DNA of 64,000 nucleotides from contig NC_043007.1 in NCBI RefSeq assembly GCF_006345805.1, positions 24,304,001-24,368,000 on the forward strand. Reading direction: 5' to 3'. The notes beneath the pieces are model-generated. The model saw nothing but the letters and a program-made list of their open reading frames with translations, made no database searches and was not told where the DNA came from. This document shows positions 35,637-46,904 of the stretch, one piece after another (the first letter of the stretch is position 1; each line of letters begins with the position of its first letter). The position numbers were made by a program, and so were the translations under genes. This DNA comes from Octopus sinensis (taxonomy: Eukaryota).

Positions 35637-35965
35637 TCATCACCATCAGCATCGTTTAACATCTGCTTTCCATGCTAGCATGGGTTGGACGATTTGACTG
35701 AGGACTGGAGAACCAGATGGCTGCACCAGACCCCAATCTGATCTGGCAGAGTTTCTACAGCTGGATTCCCTTCCTAACGCCAACCACTCCGAGAGTGTAG
35801 TGGGTGCTTTTACATGCCACCAGCACTAGGGCCAGTCCAGCGGCACTGGCAACACCACACTCAAATGGTGTTTTTTTACATGCCACCTGCACAGGACCCA
35901 GTCCAGCCGCACTGGCAACGACCTTGCTCAAATGTTTTTTTATGTGCCACTGGCATAAGTGCCAG

Positions 35966-35967
<2 letters not shown>
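35637..35967 (-). mobile_element. Family C retroposon, tail-to-tail with the previous copy
   Basis: (CAT)n tail starts about 8 bp after the (GAT)n tail of 35051-35629. Confidence 0.85.
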
Positions 35968-36005
<38 letters not shown>

Positions 36006-36282
36006 GCATGAGTGTGTGAGAGTGTGTATGTGTATGAGAAAAAGAGAGAGGGCGTGTATATGTGTGTGTGTTTGTGTGCAATAGGCTTCCATACATACAG
36101 TTGTCACCTATTGAACTTCATTCACTTGCAAAGCTTTCTCTAATCTGTGGCTGCTGTGCAGCAGAATTTAAATGGGATCATGAGGCAGAAAACAAAGGTT
36201 CTTAACTGCACACCTATGCCCCTCCTTATATACACACACACACACACACTTGGGCAGTGATCTAGCAGAAACATTAGCACAC

Positions 36283-36483
36283 CAGGCGAAATGCTTAGCA
36301 GTATTTTGTCTGCTGGTATGTTCTGAGTTCAAATTCTGCTGAGGTCGACTTTGCCTTTTATCCTTTTGCGGTCAGTTAAATAAGTACCAGTTATGCACTG
36401 GGGTAAATGTAATTGACTTAATCCCTTTGTCTGTCCTTGTTTGCCTTTTCTACATTTAGCCCCCTATGGGCAATAACGAAATA
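36283..36483 (+). mobile_element. SINE A, diverged
   Basis: ggcgaaatgcttagcagtatttt..gagttcaaattc..gggcaataacgaaata. Confidence 0.8.
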
Positions 36484-36517
36484 TATATATATATACATAT
36501 ATGATGATGATACTGAC

Positions 36518-36552
<35 letters not shown>

Positions 36553-36554
36553 CC

Positions 36555-36594
<40 letters not shown>

Positions 36595-36674
36595 ATGTAA
36601 GTTTAAGCCACAATAGGTGAACCATAATATGGGCAAGTGATTACTGTATGTATAAATATATATATATACATATG

Positions 36675-36752
<78 letters not shown>

Positions 36753-36770
36753 TACACCATATGTATATAC

Positions 36771-36848
<78 letters not shown>

Positions 36849-36875
36849 CATACATATATACATATAATATATATC

Positions 36876-36932
<57 letters not shown>

Positions 36933-36964
36933 CAATATATACATATATATACATACATACATAT

Positions 36965-36997
<33 letters not shown>

Positions 36998-37190
36998 CAT
37001 ACATATATACATATATATACTATACACACACATATATACATATATATACACATACATAGATATGTAAGTATGTGTATGTTTAAATGAGATGAATGTGTGT
37101 GCAGTTTTAAACATACATGTGTATAAAGTCAGATAATTACTCACACACAAACACACACACACACACACACATGTGCATGCACACACACAC
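36484..37190. repeat. (CA)n/(TA)n compound microsatellite field
   Basis: Direct reading. Confidence 0.95.
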
Positions 37191-37359
37191 ACACAAAGAA
37201 CAACACACAAACATATTAGATCATATTAGATCAATGAAGCCTGAAAAATGCATAGTTATTATAGAGTGGTTCATGCGAATTATTGGAGAGCAGCGGGGCG
37301 GGGTGTAAAAAAATCAATAACATTGATGTGATCATTATTGAACAGTGTTCAATAAATGA

Positions 37360-37830
37360 ATTAGTAGTAGTATTAGTGATGGTGGTGGGAGTGGTAGTGG
37401 AGATGGTGGTAGTGGTAGTGGTGGTAGTGGAGGCGGTGGTAGTAGTATTACCAGCAGCAGCAGCAGTAGTAGTAGTAGTGACTGTGGTGGTGATGGTGGT
37501 AGTAGTAGAAGTGGTGGTGGGGGGGGCAGTAAAGGTGCTGGTTGTCATGGTTGTAATCATAGCAGTAGTCATAGGAGTAGTGGTAGTAGTAGTAGTAGTA
37601 GTAGTAGTAATTATTGTAAGAATTGTGGTGGTGATGATGGAAGTAGTGGTGGTGTTAGTAGCAGCAGTAGCAGTAGTGGTAGCAGTGGTAATGATGATAA
37701 CAGAAACTGCAGTAGCATCAGTAGTAGTAGTAGTAGTAGTAGTAGCAGCAGCAGTAGTTGTAGTAGTAATAGCGTTGATGGTAGTAGTAGTAGTAGTGGT
37801 GGTGGTGGCGGTGGTGGTGGTGGCGGCTAG
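37360..37830. repeat. (GTA/GTG)n trinucleotide field
   Basis: Direct reading; source of the poly-V/T ORFs. Confidence 0.95.
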
Positions 37831-38069
37831 TATAAGAATGGAGGTTTTAATTGAATGACGACCAGAGGGGGCTTGGGAAAACAGTCAGGCAAAGTGTGGT
37901 GCAAGTGTTGAAGTGGTGTAGTGATGTAGTGGTATATGATGTAGTAGTAGTGTGATGTAGGTGTATTGTGGTGTTGCCATAGTGCTGCACGGTGTTGTAG
38001 CTCTGTGGTATAGTGTTGTGTAGTGTGGTGTAACGGTGAGGTGAGTGTTTGCTTGTTTTGTGTAGTTTT

Positions 38070-38126
38070 GCAGAAAGAAAGAGAGAGAGAGAAAGAGAGA
38101 GAGAGAAAGAGAGAGAGAGAAAGAGA

Positions 38127-38157
<31 letters not shown>

Positions 38158-38610
38158 GCAGAAAGAGGGGTAGGGGGAAGAGAGGGAGAGAATGGGGAGA
38201 CAAAGAGAGAGTAGGAGTGGAGAGACAGATACAGAGAAAAGGCGAGAGGAAGAGAGAGAGAAGGTGAGGGGAAAGAGAGAGAGGGCAAGAGAGGGAGAGA
38301 AAAAGGGATGTGGAGACAGACAGAATGCAGGAGGGTGGGGGAGAGGGAAGAAGGGAGAGAGATAAACATGAAGGAGAGAGGGAGAGAGAGAGAAAATGAG
38401 AGACAGATAAGCAGACAAACAGAAGAAGGGAAAGGGAGAGCAAAAGGAGGAAAGGAGGGAGGTAGGGAGAGGCAGGAGTTAGAAAAGGAGAGGGAGAGAT
38501 AGAAAGAAAGAGCAACAGATATGGAGGGAAGGAAAGAGGGAGAGAGGAGGCAAGAGAGAGAGAGGGGGAGAAAGAGAAAGGGAGAAAGAGAAAGGGAGAA
38601 AGAGAGAGTG
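38070..38610. repeat. Interrupted (GA)n purine field
   Basis: Direct reading. Confidence 0.9.
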
Positions 38611-38986
38611 ATCGATAACTGGTGATTAACATCAGAAGAAATGTCTTAGAAGAAAATGCAGGAATGAAAGACATATAAATGGGAATTAACGGTAAAAAGG
38701 GATCAACGAAGAATCAATATTCTGTTCATTAAGTAAATAATTATAATAATAATAATAATAATAATAATACTAATACTAATAATAACCCTTTTCACTATAG
38801 GCACAAGGTCTGAAATTGATTGGCACTGTATTTTATCAACCCTGAAAGGATGAAAAGGCAAAGTTGAACCCGGTAGAATTTGAACTCAGAAAGTAAAGAC
38901 GGACAAAAATGCCACTAAGCAGCTTGACCAGTGTGCTAACTATTTGGACAGCTCACTGCTTGAATAACAACAACAACAACAACAAC

Positions 38987-39028
<42 letters not shown>

Positions 39029-39036
39029 ATGATGAT

Positions 39037-39246
39037 AATAAAGAGCACTCAGAGAGTGCTAACCTCTGCCAAGGCAACACCAGCAGTTAGCCAGAGATGA
39101 TTCTTAAAAGCTCGTGCCAGTCATGAGGTCAAACATCACTGAAAGTTAAATCTGAATCCATCCAGCGGTTCTTGAGATATCTTGTCCATGGACAAACAAA
39201 CACGACTGAAAACATTACCTCCACCATTGCTAAGGTGGAGATAGTA
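39037..39246 (+). mobile_element. Helitron/Helentron-like non-autonomous element, second type
   Basis: 5' aataaagagcactcagagagtgctaacctctgccaagg; 3' gaaaacattacctccacc-attgctaa-ggtggag hairpin; call rests on end architecture recalled for such elements. Confidence 0.5.
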
Positions 39247-39260
39247 ATAATAATAATAAT

Positions 39261-39667
39261 AGAAGGCGCAATGGCCCCGTGGTTAGGGCAGCGGACTCGC
39301 GGTCGTAGGATCGCGGTTTCGATTCCCAGACCGGGCATTGTGAGTGTTTATTGAGCAAAAACACCTAAAGCTTCACGAGGCTCCTGCAGGGGGTGGTGGT
39401 GAACCCTGCTGTACTCTTTCTCTCACTCTTTCTTCCTGTTTCTTCCACAACTTTCTCTCACTCTTTCTTCCTGTTTCTGTTGTACCTGTATTTCAATGGG
39501 CCAGCCTTGTCACACTCTGTGTCATGCTGAATTTCCTCAAGAACTACGTTAAGGTACACGTGTCTGTGGAGTGCTCAGCCACTTGCACGTTAATTCCACG
39601 AGCAAGCTGTTCCGTTGATCGTATCAGCTGGGACCCTCGTTGTCGTAACCGACAGAGTGCTCCCCGC

Positions 39668-39668
<1 letters not shown>
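39261..39668 (+). mobile_element. SINE family R (strongly tRNA-like head)
   Basis: ggcgcaatggccccgtggttagggcagcggactcgcgg..ggtttcgattcccag; whole element matches 62420-62800 in reverse; short internal duplication at about 39415-39475. Confidence 0.88.
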
Positions 39669-39704
<36 letters not shown>

Positions 39705-39794
39705 TGATGATAGTAATAATAATAATCCTTTTTACTAAAGGCACAAGGCCTGAAATTTTGCAGGAAGGGGATAGTCAATTACATTGACCCCCAG

Positions 39795-40065
39795 AGTGAG
39801 TTTGAATCCCAGACTGGGCTGCGTGTTGTGTTCTTGAGCAAGACACTTTATTTCACATTGCTCTAGTTCACTCAGCTGTAGATATGAGTTGCGACATCAC
39901 TGGTGCCAAGCTGTATAGGCCTTTGCCTTTCCCTTGGATAACATTGGTCGCCCATGCATACTGGCCATGCTAGTCTTCCATAAAAACCTTGCCCACACTT
40001 GTGCCTCAGAAGGTAACTTTCTAGACGCAATCCCATGGTCTGTGTCGTGACCGAAGGGGGTCTCA
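39795..40065 (+). mobile_element. SINE family F, 5'-truncated at the B-box
   Basis: gagtttgaatccc..ttgagcaagacacttt..; matches 10350-10605. Confidence 0.75.
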
Positions 40066-40184
40066 TATTTGCATTATTATTGATATTTATGTTTATAATT
40101 ATAAAATGAATCTCCTAAACATGTGTAGAATAAAACATCTACATACATATAATTGATTCCTGGTATACACAGATGTATAGGCTA

Positions 40185-40870
40185 TATAAGACATGGCATG
40201 GACAAATGCAATGGAAACTATAAAGCCATGATCAGCAGAAAGGGACACAACAGGCATTCTGTATGCAGGAGTTCATCCAACAGCACAGGACAAGATGATG
40301 GTAGATCTGAGCAAGGGAAGCCAGGTTTTGGCAAGAAAGATGGCTGTTGAGTTGCCACTGTGAAGCTGAGTCTGAAGGAGGATCTTTGCTACCATTTGTA
40401 CATGAGGCACAAGTGACAAATTCTGAAGCCAAGGTCAAGGAGAACTTGTTGGTGAAGGCAAATAAGCTTTTGAACAAATTGAAGAATCCTATTGAGCTGG
40501 GGATGATCTGGCTTTTCTCAGATCGTCGTCGTTGCTTAACGTCTGCTTTCCATGCTAGCATGGGTTGGACGATTTGACTGAGGTCTGGCGAACCAGATGG
40601 CTGCACCAGGCTTCAATCTGATCTTGCAGAGTTTCTACAGCTGGATGCCCTTCCTAACGCCAACCACTCTGAGAGAGTAGTGGGTGCTTTTACGTGCCAC
40701 TGACACGAGGGCCAGTTAGGTGGTACTGGCAATGGCCATGCTCAAATGGTGCTTTTTATGTGCCACCTGCACAGGAGCCAGTCCAGCGGCACTGGCAACG
40801 ACCTCGCTCGATGACAAGAATTTCTTCTAGGACCAGATGCACAACACAGAGAACAGCTGATGTCTCACAT
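40185..40870 (+). pseudogene. Tc1/mariner (maT-like) transposase N-terminal/middle fragment, interrupted
   Basis: Frameshifted ...LKEDLCYHLYMRHK*QIL..AKVKENLLVKANKLLNKLKNPIELGMIWLFSD|DKNFF*DQMHNTEN: WxFSDEKxF-type first catalytic Asp motif. Confidence 0.75.
40524..40809 (-). mobile_element. Family C copy inserted at the FSD motif of the transposase
   Basis: Tail cgtcgtcgttgcttaacgtc; possible 3-bp TSD gat (40521-40523, 40810-40812). Confidence 0.85.
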
Positions 40871-41707
40871 ATCATGACAACCAAGTTCTCCTAAACTGTG
40901 ATAAACTTGTCCTGAAGGCTTATAACAGAGACGATTCTGCTAAAGTCCCCCAAGGCCTAAATGATGGAGTTAAATTACATGATGGATTAAGTCCGACACA
41001 TAAGCAAAAAAACAGCTCTGGAGACAAACTTCCTTATAGCACTGTCTACTGAATTATCGTCCCACAACTTTGACCCAAGATTTTGTAAGAATACAGTTAC
41101 CTAAGGTTATTCATAGTGAAACTGACCAGAAAACTATATGGATGTGGAACAAAGTTCTCAACCACATAGCCATGCCTACACCCATACCAGGGAATACAGG
41201 CTTCATGGACCAGACTACATGGCTTGAAAGGTGCTACATGAAAATGGACACTTTTAGGAGTATTTAAATCTACTCCATGACATATGGGGACTCTGCTCAC
41301 TCGTTCACACAGAATATTGTAGAGACCATAATGAAATCAGCTTGAAATGAAATTACATAAAAAAAAAAAAATCAATGGAAATTAGTTCAAATAATAAAAA
41401 AAAAAACTAAATTAATTAGAAAAGATAATTAGAAATAAAAAAAACGAGGAATTTCTGAAATGGATCAAAGCAAAGTAGATTTAATTGCATTTGAGAAAAG
41501 ATTTCTTGAGAGGAATCAGACAATAGTCATTGGCATAGTCATGTGATTAAAATGTTCGCATAACCTTGTTAAGAGTATATTGTGTTTATTTAAGTGGTTC
41601 CGAGTTCAATCTCACTGTACAGCACTGTGAGCATGGAATCTGAATGGAAACGGTAAGTCTGGTGATATGTATATTATCTAATGTATACAATATTTAAAAT
41701 AAAGAGT

Positions 41708-42152
41708 TACTAATAGTTTCTTGTCATGGAGACACTGAGATCGGGCAAATTTATATATATTTCTTTACTACCCACAAGAGGCTAAACACAAAGGGGACAA
41801 ACAAGGACAGACACACAGATTAAGTCGATTACATCGACCCCAGTGCGTAACTGGTACTTAATTTATCGACCCCAAAAGGATGAAAGGCAAAGTCGACCTC
41901 AGCGGAATTTGAACCCAGAACGTAACGGCAGACGAAATACGGCTACGCATTTCGCCTGGCGTGCTAACGTTTCTGCCAGCTCGCCGCCTCGCAGCGTTTC
42001 TGCCAGCTCGCGGGCAAATTTATATAGCACGCCTTGTGCCTCCAAACAATCTTCAGCCAGTGTGCCCTGAGCCTGAAGATAGCTTGGAGAAACGAGACGT
42101 GTGACATAAATCTGCCTAATCTCAGTGTCTCTATGGTAAGAAACTATTAGTA
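41708..42152. mobile_element. TA-ended foldback MITE (47-bp arms) containing a SINE A insertion
   Basis: 41708-41754 versus 42106-42152, 6 mismatches. Confidence 0.75.
41758..42010 (-). mobile_element. Full-length SINE A with 16-bp TSD and duplicated 5' tip
   Basis: cgggcaaatttatata at 41742-41757 and 42011-42026; cgtttctgccagctcg occurs twice. Confidence 0.92.
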
Positions 42153-42154
42153 TA

Positions 42155-42352
42155 CAATTGCAGTGTGGAAGGTGTTTATAAGCCATTTAAGAAACACACA
42201 AAAACCGTTAGATTCACTTCAACATTTAAATTTAATTTGTCAAAATATTTTCGTCGCTTTGAGACTGCGAAATGTTCACTGACAAAATTCCGTGCAGCAC
42301 GGTATTTGTGTGTTTCTTAAATGGCTTATAAACACCTTTCATGCTGCAATTG
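42155..42352. mobile_element. Foldback MITE-like element with 54-bp inverted arms
   Basis: 42155-42208 versus 42299-42352, 4 mismatches; both ends carry palindromic caattg. Confidence 0.8.
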
Positions 42353-42671
42353 CTTTTGTTCCAGCACATGATCTCAGATCAGGTCACTTGCTATGCAAGT
42401 ACATCTCCCTATTAATATACATATATATATATATATACCTAGGCCTATTCACCATTTTTTTTAGGAGTGGGTAGCCACAATGAGACACACACCTGGCATT
42501 CCATTCATTTCCCAGCTCAAAGAGGTGAGCTCTGTTCTTTGCTCGGGTCAAGGCATAGAATGCAACCCCCCCCCAAAGACAACTATTAGTAGCTCTTATT
42601 TTAAATACTATATATATTAAATGATATTTATCTCACACTGGATAGTATAGTGTACTTGTTTTGTTGATCTT

Positions 42672-42848
42672 ATCTGCCGTTACGTTCTGAGTTCAAATTC
42701 CGCCGAGGTCGGCTTTGCCTTTCATCCTTTTGGGGTCGATAAATTAAGTACCAGTTACGCACTGGGGTCGATGTAATCGACTTGACTCCTTTGTCTGTCC
42801 TTGTTTGTCCCCTCTATGTTTAGCCCCTTGTGGGCAATAAAGAAATAA
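42672..42848 (+). mobile_element. SINE A, 5'-truncated
   Basis: tctgccgttacgttctgagttcaaattcc...gggcaataaagaaata. Confidence 0.85.
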
Positions 42849-43360
42849 GAAACGTTGTGTCTTTGAAAATGTTGCCATATCATGGAATTCTGTAACATGA
42901 CCCTTAATTTTCTGTTACATGGAAGTGAACAAGCATGGAAGTCAATGGGAAAGTATGCTTGAGTTGTGTAAAATTGAATGCTATTGCTTGATTGTCAGGA
43001 ACACAATTCTGTAACATGGGGTACGCCCATATGTGTGTGTGTGTGTGCATGTTGCCGTGTAAGTGGCTGTTTACCAAGCTAAAATGAAGTATCAAATTGC
43101 ATCCCTTTATCTGGTAAAAACAAAAGAAAGCAAAAACAAAATTCTGTAACTTAGCAATTCAACAAATAGAAATCAATAAAAATATTTATCAAATTGAGAT
43201 GTATGCTGGGGTCAATGTGATTAACTATAAACCTGTCTCTTACATGCCTTGGAAACTGGATCAAGCTTTGACCTTTTGAGTCCTGAGTCCAAGGGCTCAT
43301 AACAGACCTCAATAACAGTTAAAGACCCTTAAAAGTTAATTTTGAAAGGGATTCAGATTT

Positions 43361-43413
<53 letters not shown>

Positions 43414-43477
43414 CACAAAGATAAACATGGTTGCAGTCTGATGAATGAATCTAATAAAAGAATATTAATGACATATA

Positions 43478-43875
43478 GGTGTAGTAGTGGCTGTGTGGTA
43501 AGTAGCTTGCTTACGAACCACATAGTTCAGGGTTCAGTCCCACTGCATTGCATCTTGGGCAAGTGTCTTCTACTATAGCCTTGGGCCGACCAAAGCCTTG
43601 TGAGTGGATTTGGTAGACAGAAACTGAAAGAAGCCCGTCGTATATATGTATATATATATATGTGTGTGTGTGTGCATGTATGTTTGTGTGTCTGTGTTTG
43701 TCTCCCCAACATCGCTTGACAACCGATGGTGGTGTGTTTACGTCCCCGTAACTTTGCAGTTTGGCAAAAGAGACCGATAGAATAAGTACTAGGCTTACAA
43801 AGAATAAGTCCCGGGGGCGATTTGCTTGATCAAAGGTGGTGCTCCAGCATGGCCACAGTCACACGACTGAAACAG
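43478..43875 (+). mobile_element. SINE B, full length
   Basis: All modules. Confidence 0.88.
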
Positions 43876-45147
43876 AGACAGTTAAAGAGAAGATGAAGAT
43901 GGCAAGCTCGCAGAATTGTTAGCATGCCAGGCAAAAGTTCCTTTGATTTACATCTACTTGATTAGGGTCAACCTGGGACTAAGCAACAGTAATAAGAAGA
44001 GAAGAAGGCACACAGACAAACAAACAAGAGAACTTCTTATGTAGTCATTAGACATGCTAGAAATGGCAGCCAAATTTCCTTTAAATCACACATTACTATC
44101 TTTAAAAGAGGTTCCACTGTACAGTGCAGATCTTGATTAATACTATGAATGAAATTAAGATGAGATGGTCATGGCTGGAATATTTCTAACAACAGGTGTA
44201 CTTATTCAAAGGCGGTTAGGCAGAAGATAAAACAAATAGGCAGACAGACAGTCACAGACAAACAGACAGACATTGCTACATATTTGTTTGACTTGCTAAA
44301 ATGAAATTGCACTTTACTGTCTTAAAGAAAGGACACATTGGATGATGTAGTCCAAGCTAGTCCTAAGCAGAGAGGATGGTCATGGTAGTGACACATTTAA
44401 CTAAACCGTAAACCTGCCAGTTCTGAGTACTGAACTGACCTGGGGTTAAACAGCTGCCACTGCCGTCGCCACCACCACGACCGCCGCCAGCGCCGCCACC
44501 GCCGTTGCCACCGCTGCCACCACCACCACCACCATATCCATCACTGTCACCACTGCCACCACCACCACCACCACAACCACCAAAACCACCACCACCACCA
44601 TACCCATCACTGTCATCGCTGCAACCACCACCACCACCACCACCACAGCCATCACCACCCTACCACTATCACTGCTACACATCATTAATTTGTAGCTCAA
44701 AGTACTGTTCTATCTTAAACTTTCCTCATCCATTTCTTCTGTGATGATATCACAATGTATTTTCCACTCCAAAGCGTTCTTCCATATTCTTTTAATTTCA
44801 CAGCATTCACAATCTACTCCAGAACCATCTCCTGGGCTTATCCAGATTGGATATAACGTGCCAATCTTATTAAAAGATTTCTGATATGAATTCTCAAAGA
44901 CAATTATCTTTGCTATATAAGATCTTCTGCTAATAATTTTATCTGTCTCTAGCAATGTAAATTATATTGGGCTTTATAAAATATTGATTGATATTATACT
45001 GGAAGATACTTTGAGACATAAACTTCATCTTTAAAAGTAAAGAAACACTATTTTGGTAAGACTGTCAAAGGACACAAAATATTTCTCCCCCCGCCTCCAA
45101 AAAAAAAAAGAAAAAAACTAGAAATTAGTTAAATAGTAAAACTTTTA

Positions 45148-45470
45148 AAGCAGCGAGCTGGTAGAAACGTTAGCACACTGGGTAAAATGCTTAGTGGTAT
45201 TTCATCTGCAGTTATGTTCTGAGTTCAAATTCTGCTGAGGTCAACTTTACCTTTATTCATTTCGGGGTCAATAAATTAAGTACCAGTTATGCACTGGGGT
45301 TGATATAATCGACTTAATCCGTCTATCTGTCCTTGTTTGTCTCTGCTGTTTTTATCCCCTTGTGGGTAGTAAAGAAATAGGTATTTCATCTGTCTTTACG
45401 TTCTGAGTTCAAATTCTGCCACGGTCAACTTTGCCTTTCATCCTTTTGGGGTCAATAAATTAAGTATCAG
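45148..45470 (+). mobile_element. SINE A head+body followed by a second body
   Basis: Junction aaagaaata|ggtatttcat at 45380. Confidence 0.85.
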
Positions 45471-45523
45471 AAAGGAGACACTGGATAATATAGGCCCAGA
45501 TACACTATGTGTGAATAATGACA

Positions 45524-45670
45524 CGCTTTAGTCCAATGGTAGAACACTTATCAAGTTTACAGAAGATGTAGGTTCAAGTTCCATGGATAGCCTTTGACTT
45601 TTTCGATCTGAAAGGGTTGTTCATCTAATGTACATGCTTTTATTCACAGCCCTATTTGCCTCAAAGTTCC
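45524..45670 (+). mobile_element. Old tRNA-derived SINE (further family)
   Basis: tagtccaatggtag (A-box-like), ggttcaagt (B-box-like); weakly similar reverse copy at about 21420-21570. Confidence 0.5.
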
Positions 45671-45827
45671 ACCATTAAAAACGAATTCACATCTCTTGAA
45701 TTTACTAAATTTTTATGACATAAACCGCAATATTAATATCATCACTAACACAAAGATCATCTTGAGTTATTACTACATCATGAAGTATTACTACAGGACA
45801 CATTGGAGGATTTTGTCTTTTATACAC

Positions 45828-46218
45828 TACTAGCAGTATCGCCCGGCGTTGCTCGGGTTTGTAAGGGAAATAACTATATAAGCATTTTTAGAGAGTTATA
45901 GCCAAACATTAGCAAAAAAATGCATTAAAAATGGAAAAAAAATCATGGTAAATTTTTTTTTAAATCGTTGACTCATCGTAGACATTTTTAGAGAGTTACT
46001 TCCCTTATATAATAGCGAAAAAATGCATTAAAATGGAAAAAAATTATGGTAAATTTTTTTTTTAATTGTAGACTCATTGTAGACGCGTGCTGATACCCAG
46101 AATCACGACTATAAGATACCCGGTTTTGGTTAAACTGCACCGCAAAATGTGGGAGTAGTTAGGAATCTAAATCGTAGGAGACAGACACTCACACAACTTC
46201 ACTTTTATATATAAAGAT
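45828..46218 (+). mobile_element. Helitron-like non-autonomous element
   Basis: Same 5' end as 16013; internal about 90-bp duplication; ends cacttttatatataaagat. Confidence 0.6.
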
Positions 46219-46552
46219 GTCTGAAATATAGACTGAATGAGCATTGCTGGAATATATTTGCTCATAAATTTGCTGGTTCAGAGCTGACTTAGAGCTAAAC
46301 AAATACAACAATAACAACAACAATATTAACAACCACCACTGAGTTTCTACAATTCTATTTTGGATGCAAGAAGAAAATAGTTAGGTTGAGAAAGATTGTC
46401 TATGGATGGTAAAATAACTTGGAATGGAAGTCTTTACTATGAAAGTTAGTTTCTGCTGCTCTCAGATCCTGTCTCTTCTGCTGTTTGAGCCCATTTCCAT
46501 CACTATCAAAGCTTACCTCTGCCACCATCAGAGTTTGTTTCTGCCACTGACA

Positions 46553-46856
46553 AAGCGCCATCCAACCAAAATGCAAATATATGGGAAACTACCACCTGTG
46601 TCATCTCCTGTGAAAGGTAGGAGAGTCCAGTTTGCTGGACATTGTTGCAGAGCTGAAAAAGAAGTAATTTCTACTCTTCTCCTCTGGAAGCCATCTACTC
46701 GCAATACCAGAGGGCGCACACTCTCCTACCCTGATGTAATCTCCAGGGATACAGGCATCCAGCAACAGGACCTCCGTAATGCTATGATGGACCGTGAAGC
46801 CTGGAGTAGCATGGTAAATTCCATTGTCTCGACCACGGTCGGACAATGATGATGAT
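46553..46856 (+). mobile_element. RTE-clade LINE 3' fragment (same family as 21741-22230)
   Basis: KRHPTKMQIYGKLPPVSSPVKGRRVQFAGHCCRAEKE...VSTTVGQ*; stop codon merges with the (TGA)n tail. Confidence 0.9.
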
Positions 46857-46904
46857 TGTCTCTTCCTCTATCAGAGCTGGTCTTTGCACTATCAGTGCTT
46901 GTTT

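Noticed and set aside
39261-39335. tRNA gene (also 60442-60515 and 62725-62800)
   Set aside because: A/B boxes are present but acceptor and anticodon stems do not pair fully and each continues into a SINE body
41610-41660. Strong donor aacg|gtaagt with a 30-nt pseudo-exon
   Set aside because: Lies in a collapsed SINE B remnant
42070-42105. ctgaagatagcttggagaaacg as a hammerhead core
   Set aside because: No pairable stem II; the sequence is explained as the inner arm of the foldback element
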